A stretch of 61,802 nt of DNA, the filler included, from Choristocarpus tenellus KU-1152 (lineage: Eukaryota > Protista > Phaeophyceae), in the NCBI GenBank assembly GCA_964200185.2. It is 13 parts of 13 records of this genome, joined end to end, with 100 filler letters (N's around TTAATTAATTAA, not from the genome) between each part and the next. Parts side by side here need not be neighbours in the genome. Positions count along the whole stretch, not along the records: positions 11,908 to 16,305 come from CAXNAD020014733.1; positions 16,406 to 20,197 come from CAXNAD020017895.1; positions 20,298 to 24,153 come from CAXNAD020017544.1; positions 24,254 to 27,939 come from CAXNAD020018529.1; 9 more parts are not named here. One strand, written 5' to 3'. Shown here in pieces: positions 12,045-24,711 of the stretch. The notes beneath the pieces were generated by a model, which saw nothing but the letters and a program-made list of their open reading frames with translations, had not been told where the DNA came from and ran no database searches. Both the position numbers and the translations under genes were made by a program. Every line of letters begins with the position of its first letter. Within the stretch, counting starts at the first letter, position 1.

Positions 12045-14686
12045 CTGGTCAAACAGGGAGAACATCTCTGCCGAGGGCTGGTGGACAGTGGCGACGACAG
12101 CCCTTTCTCGGGTGACCAAGGTGTTCTTGGCAAGATAGAGGACACCCAGCGCGGCAGCGGAGTCCAGCCCCTTACCATAAAAAAATAAAACGAAGTAACG
12201 ATGATACATATTTTTTAAAAATCGAGTACAATAAAAATTCAGAGGGAAAAAAAAAAAAAAGCATCAAAAGTCCTTCCATTCACTGTGCTTGTGTTACAAT
12301 TATTGTCTCTTACTGCTGCCGTAGCGCTTTGTGGTGCTCTGTACAAGTGATTCAACAGTGCTCTTCCCCGTTTCTTGCTCAACTCAACAACAGTGTCATC
12401 CAAGGTATCCTGCTAGGGCTAGGGTGCATTGGATACTGTCGTGAAAGCTAAAACAAACCATACATACTAAATATACATATATATATATATATATGTATAC
12501 CACTACTTACAGTGGTCGGTTCATCCATAAGCAAGGCGCGAACACTCTCCAGGTCCACTATACCCACACCGATGGACAGGCGCTTCGCCTGACCCCCACT
12601 GATGCCCCGCTCCAGCGAATTCCCCACCCTTACGTCTGCACACGCCTCCAGCCCTAGGTCTGCCAGCAGCTCCTCTACACGAGCTTGTCTATCCCTTCGT
12701 CTTGACGTTTCGGATAGGGTTAGGGTTTTTGGAATTTCATACGAGTACCTTGTAAGGCGAGCAAAAGCTTAAAATGAGCCCTCAAAAAGGAAAAAACAAA
12801 CAAGCAGTACGGGAAAGGAGGGGACTGCATTCCCTAACCTTAACATCGTATCTTGACACTACAGTCTCGGCCCCTAGCCCCTGCGGCAGACTCTATGGCC
12901 ACGCGGTGGATCATCGAAAAGTGGGTGTAAACAATAAATACCTCATCATGCTAGGGAGCAAAGGTCTCACTGTCATGTTAAGATGGCGATGTGCGTGACC
13001 AACCTGCACCATATTTCCGTCTGCATCAACTCGGGCACAATTTTCTGACCTGATTAGTGCGGTCTCTCTTCGAGATGTACATTGTAGTTAACCGTAAGAA
13101 AATAAAAATTGTTGACATGTGTATGTAAAAAATGTTGACATGTGTAGTATGTACACACTCATGCTCAACACAGAACAAACCTCTCTGAGACCCCTTTCTC
13201 CCCCCAAAATGTGCACCCGATTCATACGCCTGACCTACTTTTAGCAATACCGCGTCCAGCAGCAACACAACCATCACTACCAAGTGGTTCTCAATAAAAA
13301 AAATGTGTTGGATCTTGTTTTGTAAAAAATAATCTTATTCCGTTACTACTGTTCCTGGTGTCTGCCTCCCCCCTATCCCTCCAAATCCTCTACCTCCCAG
13401 TGTTCCTGCTACTTTCCCCAACAGCATCTACAGGGAAACCCTCACAAGCCCTAAAACCAGACAATCTGCCACCTCCTTTCATTCTGAACACCCTCCCACC
13501 CTGCAAGATGTGAACAATAAATCACGCACATCAACACACGCACTCCTGAAAAATGTATTCATTTACGTCCATCATGACAAACTTCGTGAAATACTTTCTC
13601 ACCTGGCACGGGAACCCATCTTTAATGCAGCTGCAAACTCAAGTGTTTCCCTTACTGTGAGCTCTGCTACATGGCAGTCCTCCTGCGTGATGTACGCCAA
13701 CGTACGTGAGGATGTCGAGCTGTATGACACGGAGGATGCAGTGACAGAGTCATCGCCGTCGCAACGCCCTCCTTGTTGTTGGAGAACCACCTGCCCTGCC
13801 TGCACACCGTCTTTCTTCCTGCCCGCAATTAGGTCCAAAAGAGTGGACTTGCCAGCCCCTGACGCCCCCTGTACGACGTGGGATTTGCAGGTTACGTGTG
13901 GACAATAAAAAGCGAGACTAGAAGGGAAAACGAAATCTAGTTGGCCCATCAGTTCATGCCATTCAGTTGAGGTTAGGTTATGCAGATGCCCTCCTGGGAG
14001 AGCAAAATCGGCCCTTGTGGAGGGCTCGAATTCCTCGTCGGAGACTATCACAGAAACTAAAGAAATTATGTGAGGCATTTCAATATTCACTCGCAGCATG
14101 TGCCAAATTACTGCTCCGTACACATATTTAAATACAGATAGTCCATAGACAGGGGCTTAAAATAATTCGAACTTAACCTGATCACATGATCCAATCGAAT
14201 GACTCACCATCACCGCGAACATCTCTCCAGGGCGAACGGAGCAACTGACGTGCTGGAGCAATGTTTTCCACTCCTTGCCACCAGCCCTTCGCTTCAGATG
14301 TGAACCCCCACCAGCTCCATCGAATCGACCCTTTCTATTCCCACCATTTCCCTGTTGTCCAATCTCAATCGCGAATGACAGGTCACGGATCTCGAGGAGG
14401 GTTGCTGCACCCTCGACAACCATGTTAGTGGTCAGGTGACTAGGGTCGTCCATTAGCGTGTCTAAACGGGGCTCTGTCGTGCTTGCTTCAACTGTCCTAA
14501 CGCCACGGCCCTCAGTACGGACAGGGGGTGAGGTACCAAAAAGGGTAGCAGTTGTCTGTGCAAGTAAAAACTCCACCTCACTATCTACACTGAAGTCTTC
14601 CCTGCTACTGTCTGATTGGGAAATACTAGTTCCAAGCAATTCGTTGCTACTTCCACCTCGATTCATGCGAGGATTCCCCAAGACGA
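12045..14686 (-). CDS. ABCG: ABC transporter G family (White/ABCG-like), nucleotide-binding domain (partial, spliced)
   Basis: In-phase exons 14208-14686 (..KTLLQHVSCSVRPGEMFAVM), 13603-13868 (Walker A GASGAGKST; YITQED; LTVRETLEFAA), 12511-12748 (signature ISGGQAKRLSIG; Walker B LLMDEPTT) and 12045-12170 (GLDS..VATVHQPSAEMFSLFD). A further upstream exon may end at 15150 (phase-compatible GTAAGG donor). Confidence 0.95.
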
Positions 14687-16030
14687 CTGCAAGAAGAAGA
14701 CCATACTAAGCCCAGATTGATATTCCCCTACGAACTTTATGTCAACACCTTGCAGTGTCTGATATATTACAGAAGACACTAATATAGAGTGTAATAATAC
14801 TAGAGAATAAAGCGAGTTGCCTGCTTCCTTTTGTTGATGTTTGTTTTTGTTGCGTTTCGTTGCCGCGAGCAAACTAGCGCACGGAAGAATCTCCACTTCC
14901 CTCTTTTAAGACCATCAAGGAAGTGATTTAGTGTGGTATACTTAGGTATACCATGGTGCGTCTTGTAGACGGCCAGATTGTTCACGACGAATCCGATTCA
15001 TCAAATGGGGAATCTGGCTTGTGTGGTGACCGCGGTAGGGGTTGGAAAGGATGGACCCTTCCCCTCTTTGGGTTTAGGGTTCCCCTTCCCCTAGGCATGC
15101 TTTTTGCCCTGATGTCATTGATATGGTTTGGGCCTCCAGGGCTCCTTACCCTCCTTGGATTTTATGGTAAGTGACTGAGCTATGCAATGTATAAGGGATT
15201 GGCTTAATTTTCCACACAGTATGTCGAATGCTGAGCCGCCAAACCTCATCCTGTTGGTAGGACCCAAGTCATTTGCGGTAAGAGCTACAAACATCTCCAT
15301 CAAGATTCTGTTATCAGAATCCCATCCAGATGAGTGTACTGCTAGTGGTAAAAAAATGGCGAGCTTCAATGAGATGTGCCAGCGTCAGGTTTTGGTCGGA
15401 CGCCAACATTGTCATGTTGGAATTGAACCAATCGCAAAATACGCTTTTCTTGTTTCTATCACTTTGAGGGGGGTAGAGTATATTATTTTTTCCGCATTAT
15501 TTCCTTCCGCCCTCGACGACACACAGTCCAAGGAGTGCATACAAATATAGGAGTGCAATATATGTTGATATCCCCTTAACCCACATCCGATCCAGGGTTA
15601 AGCGCGTATTTGTGGAGGGAGGACAGTTCATCAGGCGGTGCAAATAGCAGTCGCCGTGGCGGGGGCAATATGAGGAGATCAGGTTAGTGCCGTTGACATA
15701 TGTATTACAGAGGTTGTGCTCGACGGATCATTGGAGCATCCCAGTGGTGAAGGTTGCCTCAGGTGAAGCTGCCGTAGGAAGAGTCAGATATTTCACCCTT
15801 GGGCGGCGAATTGAAGCCATAGTTCCTTGAATGCGCCACGAGAAATCAATAGCAGGCACCCTCTGCTCGATCGAAGAAACAATGATATACAAGCAAATAG
15901 ATAGGTCATCGTAGACTCTTACGGCTGGTATGCATCTGCTTTTCCCCTCAACAGTTTTGTGGCAGACTGCTAGATCCCTAGATAGCTACAGATTATTGCA
16001 CAGTGCACAATATGCCAATACTGCATTGGA

Positions 16031-16305
16031 CCCCATCTTCTTACTTATCCCTTGAGGTTGAGCCAAAAACATATTTTTGCACTCTTCTTCACCACCAAAC
16101 CTTTGCAATATTGTTGACATAACCTGGAGATCTAAACCCTAAAATCATATATTCGTGTATCCCCCTACCTTCCTCCTCTTACACTCCACAACCCACAAAC
16201 CTCCCCCCCCATCTTCTTACTTATCCCTTGAGGTTGAGCCAAAAACATATTTTTGCACTCTTCTTCACCACCAAACCTTTGCAATATTGTTGACATAACC
16301 TGGAG
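16031..16305. repeat. 99-bp exact direct repeat (16031-16129 and 16207-16305)
   Basis: Identical by inspection; the second copy ends at the contig end, so it may be an assembly artefact. Confidence 0.85.
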
Positions 16306-16405
16306 NNNNNNNNNNNNNNNNNNNNNNNNNNNNNNNNNNNNNNNNNNNNTTAATTAATTAANNNNNNNNNNNNNNNNNNNNNNNNNNNNNNNNNNNNNNN
16401 NNNNN

Positions 16406-16776
16406 CTCGCTGACATGCCCCATTGTCATCTCCACGTCACTTGCGAAAGGTCAATGAAAAGCTCTCGCACGTTTTGAAGAAGTGCAGGATGCAAAGCTTC
16501 CATCCAATCGAGCTACCCTCCAGATGCTAGGACGGAAGGCGAGAGATCAGCTCCATAGCAGTGCGAAGTCCGACGAAGAATGCCAGCGGCTCAGCGAATT
16601 CAACGCAAGCGAACACTGGGTAACAAATTTTGTCATCGGCAACAATCTCAAAAGTATGATACTCCACAGTGAAGTGGGCAGCGGCGACGAAAAAGCTATT
16701 CCAGATGGAATGGCGACTGTCCTCAAAGAGTACCAAAATTACGACCTGGATAATATCTTCAACATGGATGAGACAG
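16406..16776 (+). mobile_element. pogo/Tigger (Tc5/CENP-B-type) transposase fragment
   Basis: FNASEHWVTNF..LHSEVGSGD..YDLDNIFNMDET matches the HTH_Tnp_Tc5 F-x-A-S-x-G-W motif, the (H)GE motif and the IFNxDET start of the DDE_1 domain; truncated right after DET. Confidence 0.85.
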
Positions 16777-16779
16777 AAC

Positions 16780-17036
16780 GAGTGAAAGTATCTTAGAGGG
16801 TACGAGTTTTGCCCTGTTTGTTCATTTGGGGCTTGGCTTCCCTCGGGGGTTTTATGACATCATTCTACTCCAAATATTTCGGAGTAGGTAAAATGTATAC
16901 GTTGTGAAAAGGTGTGTCCGAAACAAGGATATTGACACTTCCTAACAAATACGGTAGCCGAAATTACATCGAAATCGCATCATTGGATTTTGACCTCCAA
17001 ATGGACGCCGCTCTACCCTCTAAGATACTTTGGCTC
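16780..17036. mobile_element. MITE subfamily A, full length
   Basis: TIRs GAGTGAAAGTATCTTAGAGGGTA ... TACCCTCTAAGATACTTTGGCTC; opposite orientation to the 8613 copy. Confidence 0.9.
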
Positions 17037-17354
17037 GGAAAGACTTCTGTGGACAGGACCTAATCGTCTCTGTATCCACACTCAAACTCCCTCTTAATAT
17101 AGCTCTTATGGTGTAGCAGTTGGATGAAGGGTGACTCTGTTCAACCTCGAATGGTCTTGTGTTTTGTTTCTGCTTTACCTTGGATGCTCAATCGGGAGAC
17201 TACATGTCATCTTACTATTTTTAGAAAATAATTTCATTATTTTGAGGGGTTCCAAACCAGTGGTCACAAGGACATAATAATCAGAACAAGGCAATACGGT
17301 AATGCACAACACTTGAGAGATAGAACAAGAAGATAGAGTAGTTGTAGAATTAGA

Positions 17355-17607
17355 GAGTGAAATTATCTTAGAGGGTACGAGTTTTGCCCTGTTTGTCCAC
17401 TTGGGGCTTGGCTTCCTGTGGGGATTTTTATGACATTTTCCTACTCCAAAATGTTAAGGAGGAGGTAAAATGTATACATTATGAAAAGGTGTGTCCAGAA
17501 CATGGATATTGATACTTCCTTAACAAACACGATGGCCAAAATTACATCAAAATCGCAACATTGGATTTTGACCACCAAATGGGCGCGGCTCTACCCTCTA
17601 AGATACT
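17355..17607. mobile_element. MITE subfamily A, right TIR tip eroded
   Basis: Colinear with 16780-17036 along its length; ends TACCCTCTAAGATACT. Confidence 0.87.
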
Positions 17608-18739
17608 AAAAAAATGGAGATAAAAAGGGAGAAGGAACTCGTATACCTACGAGGAAATGAAGATAACCTAGGTGTAATTAGCCAACCCTAATATAAATTG
17701 CACCTTATGGTGAAGTATATATTTTAGACATGGCCCTGTATAGGAGCAAGCACAGTCCACACACTCGAGTCAACACTCTCAACTCTTTACACTACATCGT
17801 TTGTGCGTCAAATAGGTACTGAGAGTCACATATTGAATACAATAGTCTTGGGCCAAACCGAGAGGTAGGCAGGGTAGCATTTTAAGGATCAAAGCAAGGA
17901 TAAAAAGGCGCTATTTTGTTCAATTGCAAATGACCCTTTGCTCAATCATGGTGTCACTTGTTTGTGGAAAGGAGGAGCATTTTTTTTTGTACACTATAGT
18001 GCACACGAAGCAATGAAATCGAGTGTATTGCACAGGGTAAGAAATATGGCTTGGAATACGGAAGGGTCCAAACTTGTCTACATCTCAATTGGTTTGACTC
18101 TTTATGGAAAAGAGTATATACATCCCTCCTCCTGAAAGATAGACACCTGATGTTGTGACTGCAATGGTAGGTTGGGCTATGATCTCACTGAATACACTTC
18201 CAGTAGTACGAACTGCTCAGTTGCAAACACTCATGTCACAACCAAATGGCCATTTACAGACGCAGATACCAAACAAGTAAACACACAGATTTTATTCAAA
18301 TTAGCGAGCATTCTGCAAAAGAAAAGACATGAGACAAAACTCTTCCCCCAGTTTTCTTTTTCTCCCTCACTCTCATGTTTGAAGTTCTCAACCAAGAAAA
18401 TACGCAGGTAGAAGTCACACTTTTCATTCATGCAGTCTTTTCTAAAGACTCAGAACTCCTAACATAGTCTGTTCCTTTCTTTCAAGCCTGTTCAAATATG
18501 CCAGCATTCCTAACCTTGATAGTCTACTTCAGCATCACCGGACTGTGAGAGCAAGGCGAACGGAGCATCCATCAAGCGACCATGAGTTGTGATCTCATAG
18601 GTATTATTACCTCGCAGAGGAGGGAATCAAACACGTGAGCGACACCAGGACCTGGAAAAGGATCTAACTCAATTATGAATCCCCGTCATACTTCGTCCGC
18701 CAGTCTCTGAGAAACTATGCATGCGACGAAGGCCAAGAG

Positions 18740-19150
18740 TCTCATGGGGTACCTTGGGTTGGTTTCAGGTCACAGAATGTGGGTTGTAAAATTTGTTGAC
18801 GATTCTTTATGATTTGCCTCCCCCTCCTAACTGTTGTCAGTTGATGTTCCAGTCGTCGTGTATTCACACGGCTAGCTCCTTTGACGGTTTGAGAATAACT
18901 CTTGCATCTCAGGCATGTCCTAGAAGATTGTTGATGTTTAAGCCTTAAATTAGTATAATCTCGTTCGCCCACATGGCTACCACTCCTGTAATAGTCTCTC
19001 TCAAGTAGGACTGGATTGTTTGATCGAAATTGGAAGTGACCTAGGTAAGGCCCAACCTCCACTACTCTCAGACTTCTAGATCTTACCATATGAGAAATCT
19101 AGTACTAAGTGCCCGATCCAAGAACGCTCCCTTTTCTGGACTGTTCTTCT
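18740..19150 (-). pseudogene. Possible heavily degraded Ty3/gypsy integrase relic
   Basis: Frameshifted fragments on the minus strand (FLDRALSTRF; HQQSS; IHDDWN) loosely recall integrase SDRGxQFTSxF / HPQSxG / DDWD motifs in the right order. Weak inference. Confidence 0.25.
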
Positions 19151-20182
19151 AGAACATTATCATTTTAAGGAGTTCCTACTTCGTTCCATTACATACCCTG
19201 TGGAACAATTTCCTGTCAAAATAGTATATTTCGACTTGTTTGTTAACAGCTACTAAAATATATCAACATATGAGTGTCCCTAGTAAGGCTGTTGTAGAGC
19301 ACTCAACACGAACACGGTGGAACACATTATTTCTCATTCAAATGTTTGACTGATTGGGCTGGTCGCATTGGATAGTACTACTAGTTCGTCGTGAAACTGC
19401 AACGTAGTAGTACAAACAACGGCCAATCAGAAACACATACAAATGCACGGGGTGAATCACTCTGAATCTATCTGTGAATCTTTCAAAACAATATGGTTAT
19501 TCTCTATTTCTAATCCCCACACCTTGTGACTCCAATTGTTTTTATTCTGTTTCTACTGTTTATTAAACAGCAGATTTTTTTGCATGATACAAAAAAAACA
19601 TATCGATACTTTCTCCCAGTCAATTTTGGGTCAAGCCCATCCTTAATGGAAAGCTCCATCCTCAATTTTTGAAATCTGCTGTTATTACTCTAACTAGACC
19701 TCAACAACAACAGCAATTGCTGCTTCGCCCTCCTTTTAAGGATCGAGCTTTGGCGTCTTCTACGATTCCTCAAGTGCGACGCTTTATGTAAACCTTGACA
19801 AGAAGATAAACCTACATGTAGTATAGTTGTAGGAGGAAGTTGAACTTTTGTGACTACAAGGAACCGAGAACTGAGGTTCTGAGGAATATCTTTATACAAG
19901 GAAGAAAAACAGACTTTTGGATCCCTGACGAGGTGAGGAGGTGACCTGAGTTCCTACTTTTATTCCCAAACAACAACAGAAGTGAACAGGAGGTTTCCCC
20001 CACTGGCAATCGTCCGCACGCTACGTAGCTAACCCTTGCACTAATATGTTCTGTCTGTGCTGGTGTTGGTGTGAGTGATGATGCCAAGATTTGGGGAGTG
20101 AGGAAATTTCTCGTACCACACCGTGCTGTACTACTGACAGCTAGTTGTGGACATGTGGGGGGTCCCATACATGCACACTCAG

Positions 20183-20197
20183 GGGTCAAAGTATCTG
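20183..20197. mobile_element. MITE subfamily B TIR at contig end
   Basis: GGGTCAAAGTATCTG then linker. Confidence 0.65.
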
Positions 20198-20297
20198 NNN
20201 NNNNNNNNNNNNNNNNNNNNNNNNNNNNNNNNNNNNNNNNNTTAATTAATTAANNNNNNNNNNNNNNNNNNNNNNNNNNNNNNNNNNNNNNNNNNNN

Positions 20298-20317
20298 CCC
20301 CCCAGATACTTTGACCC
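20298..20317. mobile_element. MITE subfamily B TIR at contig start
   Basis: CCCCCCAGATACTTTGACCC. Confidence 0.65.
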
Positions 20318-21275
20318 TGGAGTGTCTTAGCTATTCTATTGATGATGTAATAAATGTATTGACACCTCAGGAGGAAACCACAGGTCTTGAAAAATTATGG
20401 TATCACCTTGTGTTAACTTCGTCGTGGATGGTATGGGTATAACATGTGCTGTATACATATTAGTCTGGAGTGTGGTGGGAAATGACAAGTAGCACAAAAA
20501 CTAAGAGCAAGCATAAAAACCTGGTATATAGTAAGTATTAAGTATATACTCAGTGTGTTATATTTTTTGGGTTGCAGTGTTATAGGATGTCATATGATAT
20601 GTATGTGTTCGAGTGGACGCTTCTGTGATGTTGTACTCCCTCATATTATGAATCTTAGACGGCCTCAAAGTTTCCAAGAACATACACCAACAGTGCACAC
20701 CATGTGCCAACAATCCTAACATCATGTTGTGGGTGTGGTGTACAACAGCAGGACATCAGAAAAATATCATCGGGTTGATCATACACACCCTATTATGTCA
20801 CGTCCCATGGTACTCGATTGAGCAAAAAATATATATACTAGTACCATCTAATGTAATCTATGGTAAACCCTCAAAATACCCCAGTTTCCAAAACAGAATA
20901 CCTAAAATATATCCTGTAACACTCAAATGAAATGATCAGATGCAGTGCATGTGGCACTTCCCAAAATGTTGCTCAACAATAATATCCTTCATTCAGAATT
21001 CCATTATGTGGGGGTTCCTAGGTTCCATAATCCCAATATATTAGACCTTTTGACTGCATACTGTTCATACACGGTTCTGTAATAGATTCTACAGTTCTAT
21101 CTTAATTCCTGACCGTCAAAACTATATGGAATTATGAGTCGAAGCGAGACGTGTCTAGAGGTGAATTTGAAGGATTTCAGCAAATATGTTAAATCGTTTT
21201 CTTTTCAAATGTGAATAGGACATTTTCCGAATATGTCCAAAATGCTTCAAACGATAGAGAAAAACCCCCTCTCAA

Positions 21276-21490
21276 GGATCAAAGTATCTGGGAGGGGGTG
21301 CGGGCGTCCGTTTTTGACCCTGGCTCAAAGTATCTGGGGGGGTGGCGACTGTCCACTTGGCGCCAATTTTTTCATGTCGCGATTTTTGTGTGATTTGGTT
21401 CCATACGTTGGATGGATAATGAAAGTGCACTTTTCCTGGTTTTCGTTTAAATGGACACTCTGGTGTAGACCCCCACAGATGCTTTGGGTC
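21276..21490. mobile_element. Compound MITE subfamily B: extra 46-bp end (21276-21321) plus full copy (21322-21490)
   Basis: Two consecutive CAAAGTATCTGGG starts and one right TIR (AGATGCTTTGGGTC); TCAA flanks the whole unit on both sides. Confidence 0.82.
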
Positions 21491-23011
21491 TCAACTCAAA
21501 GTTAGCACTTCAACCATACAAATACGGATGCACTGGAAAATATTGAAAACTGGCTTATAATGCAAAACGCTCAAAAACTGGGAACCTCGAGTTTACTTTG
21601 ACTCGCTCCAGTACTTCGAAGTACATAACAACGAGAGTGGTCATAGCGATAGTACGTGTGGAAAATAACTACCGAAAAGATAATATTTTCAATACAACAA
21701 TCGTGTGGCAAAAAAGGGTGGGGGTGGAGGGAAACCAGACTATGATTATGCGAGGAGGGGCTCAGGGAGCGTGTGTCTGCGTGTCTTCATTAATACCATA
21801 GAAAATCATACATGGGCTGGAATATTTTTGTATGCGTGTAATTATCTTCCAACAAAAAAAGAGAATGATACTACTGCATATTTTGAGACCACTCTTGTAT
21901 GATATGTTATAGCACGCCCCAAACCTTACCTCCACAGGATGTATAGCTCCAGTCCAGAAGCCTACAGACGGAACTGATGCCTGTACACCACTCCTGCGAT
22001 ACTCCGACAGCCAAAAGGTCGAACGAGGATGGTGAATAAAAGGTCAGCAGATGAGGATATACTCTTTGTCAATGGGATGTTTTCGACATGAATCAGGAGT
22101 AGCAATGTATGTGTTGCCAATCATACATTTATTTCGAGTTTACCACCGTGATACATCTGAAAACATATTATTCAAGTGGAAGATCTTACATTGCAACTTC
22201 TAGCAAATCGGACATCCCCTTTTTGGGGTTCTACGCGCGCGTTTACTGCTTGCACTGGTAAGAGCCCGAGAAGAAATACTTGTACTATTCGCCTGTAACA
22301 GATATCTCAGAGTACATCAATATTTTCCTTCCATAAATGTACAAAAATCACTCAGGTATACTACGATGCAAATATTGAATTAGTTTGATTGCACCAGGGT
22401 GTGGAGATCAAGAACGAGAAAAAATGAACCGTTAGAGAACATAATCACCCATCTCCTGCGCAGGTGGTGTAAGAGGTCCACTACGTACTTATAAACAAGT
22501 GTGATTAAGAAACGTATCCCGTCCAAAGAGCGACAAACCTGTTCGTTGACTCTAACTGAAATCGATATCTCCTCAGCATAAAGGGGCCTTGGATGGCATA
22601 CCCTAACGCACCATGGACGGATCTAATCAGTATGTATGGTAGGGACTTAAGAAACACGGAAAGATGCAACATATTTTAGGCTCGTGTTCTTCTTCTGTCT
22701 ATTCATGTCGGATCCTCAAAAAAACACAGTCTGTAAACACAGAGAGAAGAAAATATGGACACCCAAGAGAATGGACAATCGCCCATCCATTTGATTATCT
22801 ATATCAATTACATATTACTGCTGCCCTTACTGTACTTAGTTGCATTAAGTGCTGCAAGGGGAGATACTTATCCTTTCATCAACCCACACACAGTATTTCC
22901 GAGTTCAAGGGGACACACGTCTATTACCTAGAAGTATTTTTTACAGACATGGCTTAAATCTCCATCAAAGATTTTGTTGAGGAGCGAAGATATCAATCAA
23001 AATAACTCTTC

Positions 23012-23093
23012 CGTCGACGACGGGGTTTGAACCCGCGCGGGCTATGCCCAAAGGATTTCAAGTCCTTCACCTTAACCACTCGGTCACATCGAC
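23012..23093 (-). tRNA. trnS-UGA: tRNA-Ser (anticodon UGA)
   Basis: Reverse complement GTCGATGTGACCGAGTGGTTAAGGTGAAGGACTTGAAATCCTTTGGGCATAGCCCGCGCGGGTTCAAACCCCGTCGTCGACG: acceptor stem GTCGATG/CGTCGAC, anticodon stem AAGGA/TCCTT with loop CTTGAAA, long variable arm GGGC-ATA-GCCC, T-loop TTCAAAC, G discriminator, TTTT about 10 nt downstream. Confidence 0.96.
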
Positions 23094-24125
23094 ACATACT
23101 TTTTCCACAGAGAATTACAAAATATAATTTTTACTCTCCAGGATTTTCTTGAGACAATACCATTCATTAGATGTTCATTAGATGTTTTTGTTTGTGCAAC
23201 AGAATAATTTTTATCTCCCCAAAGTCAGTGGTAGTGGTAAACTAATTGAGAGGATTGAGGGGTCCCACCAACCCCATTTTTCACGAGTAATCCAATTGCC
23301 ACTGTTCCCCACACTCATTCCAACTCCAGATGCATATATTTTCCTGTGAAGCAGGGAGAAATTACCCCACCTATACAATGAATTCTATACTAGTATATTC
23401 TAGGATACCCTACCACTTGTGTGGTTCTTGGACTACATTTCATGTGCTACTGCCCCTTATCGGGAGAAGATTCTACTGCTGGATGTAGCCTTCACTTGGG
23501 TCCAAACAGATTGCCATCTGCAAGACTTGTCTACAAACAATGGTGTCACTGATGCTGCAGGTGAGGCCCAGAAAAACAATCACTGCAAGAGATCTTTTGA
23601 CCCTCGAGGTATTAACTCAACGCCTTCGTTTTAAAAAGCTTTGGGAATCTTGGTATACAAAGAGAATGAGCTTGTGACTCGTGTGTAGTGGGTGGTAGGG
23701 GGGCTAGGGGGTTGGCATGAAGGAGGAAGTGAAGGCTCACCTGCGACATATTGTTGTGTCCGTTTCTGTACGAGGGGAGATATTAAGGTGTGCCAGCGGG
23801 CAAGACAGAGCCTGACAGCATCGTACAACACTTCATTGTTCCTGGATCATCTTCATAGTGCCAGCTTAGGAGTAGTTTCAATTGTATGTGTCATGGTTAG
23901 GTTTCTTGATTGCTTGTTTCAAATACTCCGGAGTACAATACAGCTCTAGCGTTTTTGGTCTATCAGAAGGTCTTTACTTTATACAGTACAGACTTTGTTG
24001 TTGAATTTATCGTATTATTTGCTTTGTACTCCAAGTATATTTCTGCTTGTTCCCTCCAAGACAGCATCCCCAAAACAACAGAGGGGAAAATAATACGTTG
24101 TATACTGTTTGACAACAAAATGCAA

Positions 24126-24153
24126 GACCCAAAGTATCTTGGGGGGGGGGGGG
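24126..24153. mobile_element. MITE subfamily B end at contig end
   Basis: GACCCAAAGTATCTT + poly-G then linker. Confidence 0.7.
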
Positions 24154-24253
24154 NNNNNNNNNNNNNNNNNNNNNNNNNNNNNNNNNNNNNNNNNNNNTTA
24201 ATTAATTAANNNNNNNNNNNNNNNNNNNNNNNNNNNNNNNNNNNNNNNNNNNN

Positions 24254-24312
24254 CATCACTGGATTTTGACCCCCAAATGGACGCGGCTCTACCCTCTAAG
24301 ATACTTTGGCTC
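24254..24312. mobile_element. MITE subfamily A end at contig start
   Basis: GGATTTTGACCCCAAATGGACGCGGCTCTACCCTCTAAGATACTTTGGCTC. Confidence 0.85.
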
Positions 24313-24539
24313 TTTGAAAAATCTCGACGCAATTCAGAAAATATCCTATAGGCATTTGGAAAAAAAAGAATGCATTTGCATATATTTGTCAGCACCCTTA
24401 AAATGGAACTCTCATTTACTTCAATTCTAAACTGTTTCGATTATTTGGATGATAGACGATCGAAACCCAATGATGAGTGACAAACCACTTGATATCATTC
24501 ATTCATTGATACACTAATATACACATTTTTTTTACTGAG

Positions 24540-24711
24540 GAGCCAAAGTATCTAGGGGGGGCAGGGGGCGGTCTACACCATTTGGGTCAAAACCAGGAAA
24601 AGTGCACTTACATCGTCCATCCAACGTATGGAACCAAATCGCCCAAAAATCGCGATATGAAAAAATTGACCCCAAATGGACAGCCGCCACCCCCCCCAGA
24701 TACTTTGAGCC
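24540..24711. mobile_element. MITE subfamily B, full length
   Basis: GAGCCAAAGTATCT ... AGATACTTTGAGCC; flanks TGAG/TGAA. Confidence 0.88.

Noticed and set aside
20183-20317. One MITE spanning the gap
   Set aside because: The two TIRs are on separately assembled contigs and no clear TSD matches; most likely independent breaks in a high-copy repeat.
23012-23093. Selenocysteine or opal-suppressor tRNA
   Set aside because: The anticodon is UGA, which reads UCA (Ser), not UCA; standard 7-bp acceptor stem.
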